The position numbers and the translations under genes are program-made. From positions 16,864,001 to 16,928,000 of the forward strand of contig OX597834.1 of the NCBI GenBank assembly GCA_951406725.2: 64,000 bases of DNA, in the 5' to 3' direction. The notes beneath the pieces were generated by a model. The model worked only from the letters and a program-made list of their open reading frames with translations, was not told the origin of the DNA and made no database searches. Below, one piece after another: positions 25,085 to 36,150 of this stretch (positions are counted from its first letter, which is position 1; every line of letters begins with the position of its first letter). This DNA is from Octopus vulgaris. Taxonomy: Eukaryota.

Positions 25085-25765
25085 TAGAATAATGTAGAAG
25101 AATCAAATTTAGGCAAATCCAATTTACATATACATTTATATTTATTCAGCCCTAGACCCATCATGCATGAATTCCTCCAAAAGTATATTCAATACAACAA
25201 ACATATTAAGAGCATATGAAGTAATAAATACACTAAAAATGAACATGTAAAAATATATAAATATATACATTATATATTGTAAAAATAAATACATATATAA
25301 GTCAACTTAGAGATTATAAAACAAAGTCATTAAAAAGGGCTTTGTATCTCCTCCTCCAACCATTCAAAAATACTTCCACTCCCTGGTCTTTTGCATATAG
25401 CTCTATAAAAACACTCAGTAGGTAATTCCCATTAGAAAAACGTGGGACATTTGAGCCTTTCTAGAAATTTATTTTCCCTGATGAAGGAGATGGTGTCCAG
25501 TAATGAATGCAAATGTCTTTTTTATAACTGGACTCCCAGAAACGGCCGTAGGATTATTAACACCCAAACTTTTTATCTTATAGACTTTGTTTTATAATCT
25601 GTAAGTCGACCTATATATGTATTTATTTTTTTCAGTATATTTTTAATGTATATATCTATATATTTTTATGTTTGATGTATTGAATATACTTTGGGGGAAA
25701 TTCATACATATTGGGTCTATGGCTGAATAAATATAAATATGAAATGATTCTTACTTCTACATTAT
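25085..25765. repeat. Imperfect inverted repeat (~200-260-bp arms) enclosing a hammerhead motif; probable Penelope pseudo-LTR inversion
   Basis: TTATTCAGCCCTAGACCCA / TGGGTCTATGGCTGAATAA and AGATTATAAAACAAAGTC / GACTTTGTTTTATAATCT. Confidence 0.75.
25473..25555 (+). ncRNA. Type I hammerhead ribozyme-like motif
   Basis: TCC-CTGATGA-[GTCCAGT...ACTGGAC stem II]-GAAA-CGGCCG-TA-GGA; palindromic stem III. Confidence 0.65.
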
Positions 25766-26140
25766 ATATGTATGTATATATATAGAGAGAGATTCAGATG
25801 AATATGGTACTTAAGTTGAGGTACCAGAATTTAGTATGGTATTATCAATTTCAACATAAGGTGATTAAAATCAAAATAAGTTACAACTATGATGTTGGTA
25901 CAACATGTTCTTTGTCTGTCTCCTTAACTTCTTGGAGATTTTAGGTAAAATTATACTGTGTCCTTCTGTTCTAATTTAATTAAATTCTATGTCTTTGTGC
26001 AGCTGAAGATTGCTCTACATTTTAAACTGATGTGATGAAATGATTGCATTGTTCAATTAAATGGAGTTGCATGAAACGATCGTACTGCATTACCTCCGGA
26101 TATCCTTGTTACTTATTTTGATTATATATATATATATATT

Positions 26141-26265
26141 TTATTTTATAGAAGGAGCTTCTACAGGACTAGAACTGTTTCATTCAAAAGAAATCATCAG
26201 GAAGCTTGATGATTTCTTTTGAATGAAACAGTTCTAGTCCTGTAGAAGCTCCTTCTATAAAATAA
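26141..26265. repeat. Near-perfect ~59-bp-arm palindrome made of a hammerhead motif and its inverted copy
   Basis: TTATTTTATAGAAGGAGCTTCTACAGG...AAATCATCA / TGATGATTT...CCTGTAGAAGCTCCTTCTATAAAATAA. Confidence 0.9.
26157..26205 (-). ncRNA. Compact type I hammerhead ribozyme
   Basis: Minus strand GCTTC-CTGATGA-TTTC(TTTT)GAAT-GAAA-CAG(TTCTAGTC)CTG-TA-GAAGC: intact core, stems I and III fully paired, GUA cleavage triplet. Confidence 0.72.
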
Positions 26266-26332
26266 ATTAATTTACTCTGCTATGTATTAAGTACCTTATT
26301 TACTGTGGTTAACCCCGACTCAACCCGGGACC

Positions 26333-26369
<37 letters not shown>

Positions 26370-27721
26370 GGCAGGCTTCTTTCAATCCACTCAAAGATTT
26401 GGCCAGTCTAAAGACACTTGCCCAAGGTGCCACGAGGTGGGACTGAACCTGGAATCATGTGGTTGGAAAGCAAACTTCTTACCACACAGCCACGCATGTG
26501 ATGATGTTTCATTAGTAAACTGCTCCATTTCCTACAGCCTTATTATAATCATTGAGACAGATCACCTTACCCGCCTCTGAATGAAAGAATACCCTTTCAG
26601 TAGCACAACTGATGTTTAGTTTTATCCACCCAAGCCCCTGAGAGTATAAAAGGGTGGGTGATTGATTTGATTTGGGTTGGATTTGAACTATATAATATAT
26701 CACAGTTAGCTCCCTTTGTACAATTTTTTTTTTTAATCTGAAAACGATTTATATTCTCATTTTTGTTTTATAATCATATTAATAGATTCTAAAATGGAGT
26801 ATTAGTAATGTGTGTGTGAGAGAAAGAAAGAGATAAGAAGTGAGGCAAAAGAATAAGCTTCTACTGAATGATTTTTATCTGCTGTTGGCATATTTCTGTG
26901 CTTTTTCAGAAATACGCAGTGGAGGTGTGTGGCTTAGTGGTTAGGGTGTTGGACTCCTGATTGTAAAATTGTGGTTTCAGTTCCTGAAGCCTCACTAAGG
27001 ACATATCAAGCAACAGGTTGTTGTGGCAATTTACTGTACTTGAGAAGACACACCAACCTAAATAAAGCTATAGTGAGAGAAACCCTCTTCAGTCATGACT
27101 TACCATGGGATTGCACCTAGAAAGTTACCCTCCCAGGCAAGGTTGTTTGTAGAAGACCAGCAGTTACCCATGCATACTGGCCTCCCCTCTCCACGCCACC
27201 AATGTTATCCAAGGGAAAGGCACAGGGCGATATAGCTTGGCACCTGTGACTGAGTGAACTGGAGCAATGTGAAATAAAGTGTCTTCTTCAAGAACACAAC
27301 ACGCAGCCCGCTCCGGGATTCAAACTCACAACCTCATGATTGTAAGCTCGACGCTCTAACCACTGAGCCATGCACCTTCACGCATATAGTCATCCATACA
27401 TATAGGCATATTGTTTGCAGGTGCTGGTGCCATGTAGACGCCCTTGTGCCAGTGGAAGGAAAAAAGCACCCAGCACACTCTGTGAAGTGGTTGGTATTAA
27501 GAAGGGCATCCAGCCATAGAAACCAGCCCTTAAGCAGACAGTTGAAGTCTGGACAGCCCCTTTCAACATGCCAGCATGGAAAGCAGATGTTTAAGGATGA
27601 TGATGGTGACTGGGCTATGCATTGTGTTCTTCAACAACTGTGCTTTAGTCTTTTTTAACTGTCCCAAAGTTACGCAGTTTGTGACCAACTTTATTGAAAG
27701 CCTTTGCAAAGTCTACATATT

Positions 27722-28357
27722 AGGCACAAGCATGGCTGAGTGGTAAGAAGCGTGCTTCCCAACCACATGGTTTTGGGTTCAGTCCCACTGTGTGGTACCT
27801 CAGGCAAGTGTCTTTTACTAAAGCCTTGAGAGTGGATTTGGTAGACAGAACCTGAAAGAAGCTTGTCATATATAAGTGTTTGTGGCTGTGTTGACGTCTC
27901 CATAACATAGCGATTCAGCAAAAAGGACCGATAGAATAGGTACTAGGCTTTAAGTATAGGGGTCAATACAGTTGACTATCAAATTCTTCAAGGCAGTACC
28001 CCAGCATGGCCACAGTCTAATGACTGAAACAAGTCAAAGAATAAAAGATATGTCACAACCACATTCAGTACTCAGTCATAATACCGTTGAAGCTGTGAAG
28101 CAGCTCCTCCTTGGATGGAAGCCATGCTCTTTATATAAAATTTTCTTTTATTTGTCTGTCATCTGACTGCAGCCATGCTGGAGTACTGCCTTTTAGTTGA
28201 AGAAATTGACCCCCAGGACTTACTCTTTGTAAGCCTGGTACTTATTCTGTCAGTGTCTTTTGCCAAACCACCAAGTTACAGGGACATAAACACGCCAACA
28301 TTGGTTGTCAAGCGATGGGGTGGGGAGACAAACACAGACACAAAGACATAAATATAT

Positions 28358-28399
<42 letters not shown>

Positions 28400-28560
28400 A
28401 GCTTCTTTCAGTTTCCATCAACCACCTTCTTTCAGAAGGCTTTGATCAGCCCGAGGCTATTTAGAAGACACTTGCCCAAGGTGCAATGCAGTGGGACTGA
28501 ACCCGGAACTATGTAGTTGGGAAGCAAGCTTTTAACCACACAACCAAACCTGTGCCTATA
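27722..28560. mobile_element. Two diverged SINE A copies in opposite orientation
   Basis: 27722-28050 (+) and 28140-28560 (-). Confidence 0.75.
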
Positions 28561-28631
28561 TCTCGTATGATAAAAGGCAGATTTTCTCTGCCTGTGACTA
28601 TGTTTCTTTTTAATACAATTGTCCAATATAG

Positions 28632-29080
28632 AATTTCTTCAATTGGAATTTACCTATGATTTTTCAAAGTAGATTTGATTGGGTCATGGCATATAAATTT
28701 TTTTCACTTTGACCCCCAATTAAGCAAAAATTCGAGAAAACTAAATATCTTACGATTTGCCTCTCTCATTTCAAGTGCTTCACTCCTTCTGTTACCACAC
28801 TTTCTCCTACTTCTCTTTGCAAGTGTACCTTAAACCACTACTCAAAAAAAATAGAGGCAACAGAAACAAATAAATACATAACAATTTACTCCTCACACAA
28901 TTTCTTCAATTGGAATTTACCTATGATTTTTGAAGTACATTCCATTGGGTCATGGCATATAAATTTCTTTCAATTTGACCCCCAATTAAGCAAAAATTCG
29001 AGAAAACTCAATATTTTACGATTTCCCTCTCTCACTTCAAATGCTTTACTCCTAATTACCACACTTTCTCCTACTTTCTC
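28632..29080. repeat. Direct tandem duplication, ~267-bp period
   Basis: AATTTCTTCAATTGGAATTTACCTATGATTTTT at ~28632 and ~28899. Confidence 0.85.
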
Positions 29081-29702
29081 TTTACACACATAGACACGCA
29101 AACATATACATATATGACAGTGACAAACACAAACGTTTCAAACAACTACATACAAACACTCAAACACACACACGTATGTGTTTGTTATTAGTAAAAAAGG
29201 CGCCAAACACAATTCACTTTCTCATTTGAACACATTTGCAAACACACACCAACAATTCACTGACATATGGTGAGTAGATGCTAGCCGCTCACATTATGAG
29301 TTACACTATTACACCAATTGTACTGGGACTGTTGTCTACTTCCCGTTAGTTTTTAGTGTCGAGGAAACAAAACTTTCTCGAGAAAGAACAAGAAAAAACA
29401 CTCCTACATTTCACAAAGGACTTTAAGAAACGATAGGAAGTAAGTTCAGTTGAAGAAAAGAGACGGATTTAAGGAAATCAGGCAGTCGAATTGCCATGAT
29501 AACTCAACAGAAAAGGTAAATTGGTTTTTAATTTACTTTCTGTCGCTAAGTTTTCATAGTATTAATTTGCGAGCGTACTTCAGTTGTCAATTGTTGAAAT
29601 AAATAAATTGTAAGCTAAGGTGTGTGTGTGCGTGCGTGTGTCTGTAGGAAGTGAAGGATAAAAATATGGCAAGAAGTGGACAGATGTACATATATACATA
29701 CA

Positions 29703-29735
<33 letters not shown>

Positions 29736-29751
29736 TAATGTGTGTGTGTTA

Positions 29752-30144
29752 TCTCTCTCTATATAAAGCTGAAGTTGTCTGTGTGTGCCAGGTTTGGTAG
29801 CCTTCAACTAACACTATCTCCTCCGAGACCCTGCGGCGCAAGTTGACCAAAATTGAGAGTATGATACAAGAAGGGTTGCTCTTCCTTCCGTAGAAGATAA
29901 AATTGAAATCAGACCATGTTAACACCAAAAATTATTTACATCAAAAAGGTGCTTTTTTCTCTATGAAAATCCCTATTTTTTACGATTTTTTCACTGCTGT
30001 GTCGCCACTTTTCGGTGTATTTCAACCAGAAAAATGTTCACTTGAAGAGAATAACAAGCTACATAATGCAAAATTTTTACTTTTCAAAAATTCCAATTCC
30101 AGCGGGTCAAAACAAACCCGAGCAACGCCGGGCGATACTGCTAG
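29752..30144 (+). mobile_element. Non-autonomous Helitron
   Basis: A|TCTCTCTCTATATAAAG start; CCCGAGCAACGCCGGG hairpin; CTAG|T end. Confidence 0.8.
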
Positions 30145-30185
<41 letters not shown>

Positions 30186-32444
30186 CAGTTCAGTCTAATG
30201 AATGAAGGACATTTGCTCAAGGTGCCAAGTAATAGGACTGAACTCAAAGCAAGCTCTATAACCACAGTTAAACTTGTGCTCATAAGTGAACTAATTTCAA
30301 TAAAAAGAATACTGCCATTGAGGTAGCAATGAGTGACTCTGAGTAAGTTTTAGCAATGCCAACACAACTGGCCTTGAACTAGCCATGCAATCTGTTAGAA
30401 ATAGCAGTCAAATCACAACCTACTATATTAAAGAATGCAAAAGACTGGTTGATTTATACCTAGATACACTATCTAGCAGAAAAGTTAGTAAGATCACAGC
30501 ATGGAACATTTTCCATCATAGGTTTACTCAATTATGGTTAGCTTGGAATTAAATAATGAGTTTGCAGTGGAGTAAATCTGCAGCCAGTGAAATTTTTCTG
30601 AGAGTTAACTGAAAGCTGCTTCATATGAGACCTGCTCTCTCTCTCTCTTTCACTTTCACTTTCTGCAAGATGAGACTTACTTAAGCCCTTTGATCCCATA
30701 CAGAGTATAAGCCATTGATGATTCTGAGATATTTGGTGCCATGCTGTACTCAAGAAGATCTATTCACCTTAGCATAAGTGATGCTAGTACTGGTGCCACA
30801 TAAAAGGCACATGTGCTGATGCTGTGTTAAAAGCTCTGGTGCTGATGCCACATAAAAAGGACATCCAGCCACAGAAACCATGTCAGAACAATGGAGCCTG
30901 GTGCAGTCCCTGACCATATCAGCTCCGGTCAAACCATCCAACCCATGCCAGCATGGAAAATGGATATTTAACAGTGATGATGATCATGGTCTCAACTCTG
31001 GTCTACTCTTGCCCAGGTCTTGTTGGTTTTGAATCAACGTCAATGTGTCTGAACCTTGCTGCTTTCTTCTAGCTGGTTGTATAGGCCTCTAAACAAACCC
31101 ATTTCTACTTCTAGAAAGATGTGGCCCATATTAGTCTGGTTTTTATCCTTTGACCTGTGCAGCATGGGAAGCCCTAGAAAGAGCTTGCATATCACCGGCA
31201 TAGCTTTCAAGGGAATTGTGTGAACCAGCAGCAACACAGAAGTTTTTTTTACATGGCACAAGCACTTACAAGCCCAAAAGATGAAGAATGCTCAGCCAGA
31301 GAGGATTGATATCAGAGAATATGAGAGCTGACATTTGTAGGGATTTGGAGGGTTTTTTATTTAGTGTTGTTCAAGATTAGGGAGGACAAGCTATGACACT
31401 GTTTCTTTGATGTGAACAGTGGTTATCTTACTGTGTCATTGAATCAATCACAATACTCACCTGGTACTTATATTATCAACACCAGAAGCATTGAAGCAAA
31501 GTCTACTAAGATATAGACTAACAGGATCCTTAAATGAGATTAAAGAAGGTGAGGTATGAAACTGTTTCTTTGATATGAGCAGTCATTGAGTCATTGAATC
31601 AGCTACAGAACTCACTCCAGATATGGAAGCAAAGACAATTGAGCAGTGATTTGAGAACAGAAGAACTGGATTATTATTAATTATTGCAACATGTTTAACA
31701 ACTATTTTCCCTTCTCCACTACCTTAACAGAGGTTCTGATCAGAGATGTATCCAGGTTTTAAAGTTAGGGGAAGCGAGCACATAAAAAAAAAGGTGCTGT
31801 GACACATACCAAACAATTTTTACCTCATTTTTCTTATATTACATGAAATATTTCGTAAAGTATACTAGCCATCTCAATATGGCTAACCACAAAGGGTGGG
31901 TGTTACTGTAGCTTTTAGCCCCAGGAGATCATTGTCTCCAGCTGGCTTTAGGCACATTTTCTGCGCTCTTATGGTATTTGCAAAGGGAGGTCATCTTGTT
32001 CAGAGATTTATTATTGCATGAAATATTTTGTTAGTTATAAAATACATAATTGTATTCCACATGTATTAATTTCATGTTCCATTAACTTACAACTGCTGAC
32101 ACAGGTGTGATGTGAGAAAGAGGAAACTCCACAGCATCGTCCAGTGTTAAGATGTCTGGGTTTGTCTTGGTTCTTCAAATGTCAGCAGCCACCAACAGAT
32201 CACAGGAAATCAAGCAGACAGTTTAAAAACACAGGTGGGTATTCAAATAAAGTAATGACTCCAGAAAATTCTTCCAAGGCCATGTGATTAACAAAAAAAA
32301 AAAATTATAAAAAAAAGAAGATAAATGATGATAAAAGTATTTAAAAATTGTTGAAAAGGTGCCAATTTTGAAAAATGTCATGAGGAAGCAGTTCTCCCCT
32401 TGGTCCCCTATTAGCAATGCCATTAGTTCTGATATAATGATTAT

Positions 32445-32729
32445 CACATGACCAACCAGACCATCAGATGTTGCTACACATCGCTGGTCACAATGCGTTC
32501 GCATTGTTTTAGCCTTCGAATGACGCCACCCCGCTGGCTAAGCGAGCAGGCCAACAGAAGAAAGAGTGGTGAAGAAGTACAGCAGGGATCACCACCCCCT
32601 GCCGGAGCCTCATGGAGCTTTTAGGTGTTTTCGCTCAATAAACACACACAACGCCCGGTCTGGGAATCGAAATCGCGATCCTACGACCGCGAGTCCGCTG
32701 CCCTAACCACTGGGCCATTGCGCCTCCAC
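32445..32729 (-). mobile_element. tRNA-derived SINE family C with 11-bp TSD
   Basis: Head GGAGGCGCAATGGCCCAGTGGTTAGGGC...TTCGATTCCC; TSD ATAATGATTAT at 32434-32444 and 32730-32740; fragment also at ~2143-2284. Confidence 0.85.
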
Positions 32730-33299
32730 ATAATGATTATAATTATTACAAACTATATTTTCTATTAAGACACTTAGGAAATCTCTCCCTAGCTATGTTT
32801 TTCTTTTGCAGATGTTTTAAGGTGAATGTAGCCATATCTATCTCACCAGTCTTGAAGTACCTGAGTCTTAGAAAAAAACTAAACATATCTCTCTTACACT
32901 CTGTGTCAATCTTTTTTAATTAAATGTTTAACAGAATTAAGTTGCGATGGCAGTAAATACAAATATAAAAAACTGACTGTATAGTATTAAATGAAAAATA
33001 AAATGTTTTTGCTTCCCCCCCATCTATTTAAACACATAAACACCATGTTTTATATTTTTCTTTACTTGCCCTGTAGCAATATTGACAATTAACTTACACA
33101 ATTATCATACACACTTAAAAATACTGAATTGTGTATTTCGGTGTATTTTCGATTGAAGACGTGGTGTATAAATGACATGGAAGTAACGTAAACATACAAA
33201 TACAATATCATAAACAGGATGAAAAGGAAGAGGAGGATAAAATTCAGTTTTACTTAAATAAGATAGTGTTAAAAATAACTTTTGTTTAGGTCTCAATTC

Positions 33300-34631
33300 T
33301 CACCGATTTATTCTTCGTTTTTTGTTTTCAGTTCTTGAAGAGCTGTTATTATGTTTATTCCTAATTTTAGTTAACGTTTCATCCCCTAATAAACTCCTTT
33401 TTTTGGAAGGTTGCCCTGAAATATGTTCGCTTCCATGCTTAGTGCTAATGTGTGAAGGTGAGAATTTGTCCTTGGAAAATTGTTCTTCATCATGATCATC
33501 ATCACGATCATCATTACAATCATCGTCATCATTATCATCTTCATCGTCATCATCCTCATCATCGTCGTCGTCGTCACCATCATCATCATCGCTCACAATC
33601 TCCCCCTTTTCTAAGTCTACACACTCAGTTTCTGACTGTTCAGTGACTGTATGTAAATCACTTTGTGGCTGAGGAGAAAATGTTTTGAGAGAATTCTGAT
33701 CTTCTCTCAGACTGTCATTACTGCAATATTCCTCATCATGAGTCTGATAGATATCAACTAACTGTGTTGTATCTTCACAATCTTCATCTTGTTGCCTTCT
33801 GTTATGGGCAGCAATTTCTTGTGATAGTTTTTTTTTCATTTCATTCAAAAACTCAAGGCTGTGATTCTTTGCTAGTGTGTCATCTTGGATAGGATTTTCC
33901 ACTGATACTTCATAATCAGGTTTACTTGGTGAGAAAAGTTTACGAACAGAGGCTTTCTTCCTTGTCATGGAATCATCGCAGTCAGAATCTTTACTACTCA
34001 ATGATTCAGGTGCCATCGAGTTTGTCACACTGCTAGAAAAGCAAGGAGTAATTACAGAAGAACGAGAATCTTCTAAATTAGATTTGCCAAAACACTCAGT
34101 AACTATAGGTTCCTGATTATTCAATGTGACTGAGGTCTTTTGTGAAATAACAGGTGAGATGTTTCTATCACATTTAGTTGTCAGTTCTGGTGAAGTTACA
34201 ACTGGATCGCACACTTTACTGCGATGTTTGTCCGTTGGAGAGACTTTTCCAGTAGAAGATTTAGAGCTCTCTGCATCAGATCCTGCAGATTTTACTGACA
34301 GTTGTGTTACTACACTGATTGGTTCTACAGATTGCTGACAATCAATCAACTTAGAATCTTGTCTCTTGGCATTACCGAATTCACTGGAGTCATTAGATAA
34401 ATTGTGCTTTTCTTTGAGTGGAGCAGTATGAGATTTTGTAGTCTCAGACCTCAAAGATAATTTTTTTGTAGACGAAGGCATCCTTTGGCAGTGATGTTGT
34501 TTACTACCTTCCCTTTTATGTTCTCTTGAGGAATTTTCCATTTTTATATTTGAAGAATAAGTTTTATTTCTGGAGTGTCTTGATGGTTTCCTTTCCAATA
34601 ATCTATTATCTGTTGTTTCAGGCTTTTGCAA
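33300..34631 (-). CDS. CASP8AP2: 443-codon open frame, low-complexity S/K/D/E-rich; probable central part of FLASH, disconnected from the N-terminus (first ATG 34541, 413 aa)
   Basis: Same strand, downstream of FLASH exon 3; VDLEKGEIVSDDD resembles the FLASH ARS2-binding EEGEI motif; end may be the stop or a donor CG|GTGAGA at 33303. Confidence 0.6.
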   Translation of the reverse strand: MQKPETTDNRLLERKPSRHSRNKTYSSNIKMENSSREHKREGSKQHHCQRMPSSTKKLSLRSETTKSHTAPLKEKHNLSNDSSEFGNAKRQDSKLIDCQQSVEPISVVTQLSVKSAGSDAESSKSSTGKVSPTDKHRSKVCDPVVTSPELTTKCDRNISPVISQKTSVTLNNQEPIVTECFGKSNLEDSRSSVITPCFSSSVTNSMAPESLSSKDSDCDDSMTRKKASVRKLFSPSKPDYEVSVENPIQDDTLAKNHSLEFLNEMKKKLSQEIAAHNRRQQDEDCEDTTQLVDIYQTHDEEYCSNDSLREDQNSLKTFSPQPQSDLHTVTEQSETECVDLEKGEIVSDDDDGDDDDDDEDDDDEDDNDDDDCNDDRDDDHDEEQFSKDKFSPSHISTKHGSEHISGQPSKKRSLLGDETLTKIRNKHNNSSSRTENKKRRINR

Positions 34632-35194
34632 ATCTCAACTAGAATGTCATTCCTCATATCTTCATTCATTCTGCCTTTGTTCTCTTGAGCCAGAATGCTA
34701 GGAATATTTCCTATCACTTTCTTTGAAATCTCTTCAATCCCTGTAACAGTTGATTGTGATATGTTTACTGCCTCTTGAGTTTGAACATTTAATTGTTTTC
34801 TATAAGCTTCTTGTGATATTCAGTCAGGCAGGGAAGTTATATTTATGCTAGCAGGTTTTCTCAGGTCAATACTTTCAAATAATGGATGACGTACAAAGAC
34901 TTCTTGTAGGAACTTTTATCAGCAGCAGTTTTCTCTGTTTCACATTTAAAACGATTTAATTTTGAATTTGTAGAATGTGGGGTATTCAGTGTCTGTGAAG
35001 AAGTTGTAATATTTTCGAATGTAGGTGATCATACTGAATCAGAAGGCATCAACTTTGCACTTGGCACAGTAGGAGCTATGCAATGAGAATTGGGTTCAAA
35101 CCTGTTTTGATGATATAAAATACCTTCAGAAATTTTTGAAATAATAATCGAATCACTGGAGGTATAGGCGGAATGAGATTGTGTACGGAAGTTG
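34632..35194 (-). pseudogene. Decayed coding segment within the FLASH large exon
   Basis: Protein-like S/T- and R/S/E-rich translation needing two frame changes and containing 11 TGA/TAG stops. Confidence 0.6.
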
Positions 35195-35348
35195 TCAAAA
35201 TGAATACATGTGCGGGGATTTCTCTTTTTCATAAGAGTTACGTCTATAAGTTTGTGAAGGCTTGCTGTTGCTCTGATAATCACCGTTCCATTTTGAATAT
35301 CCCGACTGTCTTTTCTTCAGATAGTTTTCTTTTTCGTAAGATTCCAAT
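35195..35348 (-). CDS. CASP8AP2: FLASH coding exon 3, up to the first in-frame stop
   Basis: Acceptor TTTGTTTCACTTTCCAG|; phase-2 join gives Q-LESYEKENYLKKRQ...KSPHMYSF-TGA. Confidence 0.7.
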
Positions 35349-35509
35349 CTGGAAAGTGAAACAAAAATCAGAATATAAATAGGTGTGTTGCATTGTAAAA
35401 TTATATTTTCAACAATCAAGACACACAGACATTAAATAAGTTCTACAAATTAGTTGATTGGTTCCTACGTATTCAAGGAATTTTGTGATGAAAGATTTAA
35501 ATTCATCAT

Positions 35510-35808
35510 ATTTATTTCTATATTGCCCACTGGGAGCTAAACATAGAGGGGACAAACAAGGACAGACAGGGATTAAGTTGATTATATCGACCCCAGTGCG
35601 TAACTGGTACTTATTTAATCAACTCCAGTGCGTAACTGGTACTTATTTAATCAACTCCAGTGCGTAACTGGTACTTATTTAATCAACCCCGAAAGGATGA
35701 AAGGCAAAGTCAATCTTGGCAGAATTTGAACTCAGAACGTAATGGCAGACTAAATACCGCTAATCATTTCGCCCGGTGTGCTAACGATTCTGCCAGCTCG
35801 CCACCTTA
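35510..35808 (-). mobile_element. SINE family B with an internal 30-bp unit in three copies
   Basis: CCAGTGCGTAACTGGTACTTATTTAATCAA x3 at ~35593-35686. Confidence 0.85.
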
Positions 35809-35959
35809 ATTTAAATTCATCATATTATTTGCTTCGTTATCAGGCTTGTGACTTGGTGGTTAGGCTATTCGGTGTGACATGGCGCCATCCAGACCCCACC
35901 TGTCTGTTATAGAGTCAATAAAAGATATTACGAAAAGACAAATAGACCAACAAACTTAC

Positions 35960-36150
35960 TGTTCTCTTAAAGACTCAATATTATCGTTTTTCCTTTTGAT
36001 TTCTGTGCATGCAGTTTTGTACAGCATCGATATATTCTTCTGCAAGTATACGTTTTTCTTTTCCAGTAACTCCATAGCCGCAGTGCGTTCTTTCACAGTA
36101 TTTTCCAAAGTAGCAATCTTCTGCAGAGCTTCCTGGTATTTTTGTTGCAA
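35960..36150 (-). CDS. CASP8AP2: FLASH coding exon 2 (Lsm11-binding coiled coil)
   Basis: TTTGTTTTAG| and CA|GTAAGT; LQQKYQEALQKI...KNVYLQKNISMLYKTACTEIKRKNDNIESLRE matches the FLASH pattern N.SLKKNISALIKTARVEI.RKD. Confidence 0.9.

Noticed and set aside
30538-32330. Possible downstream FLASH exons encoding a SANT/Myb domain
   Set aside because: Donor-like sites exist (~30680, ~32090), but I found no frame with the W-T-R-x-x-D-R helix pattern
34635-34877. Selenocysteine or stop-codon reassignment to explain the many TGA codons
   Set aside because: TAG stops and frame changes are interspersed, contexts fit Arg rather than Cys, and no SECIS was recognised
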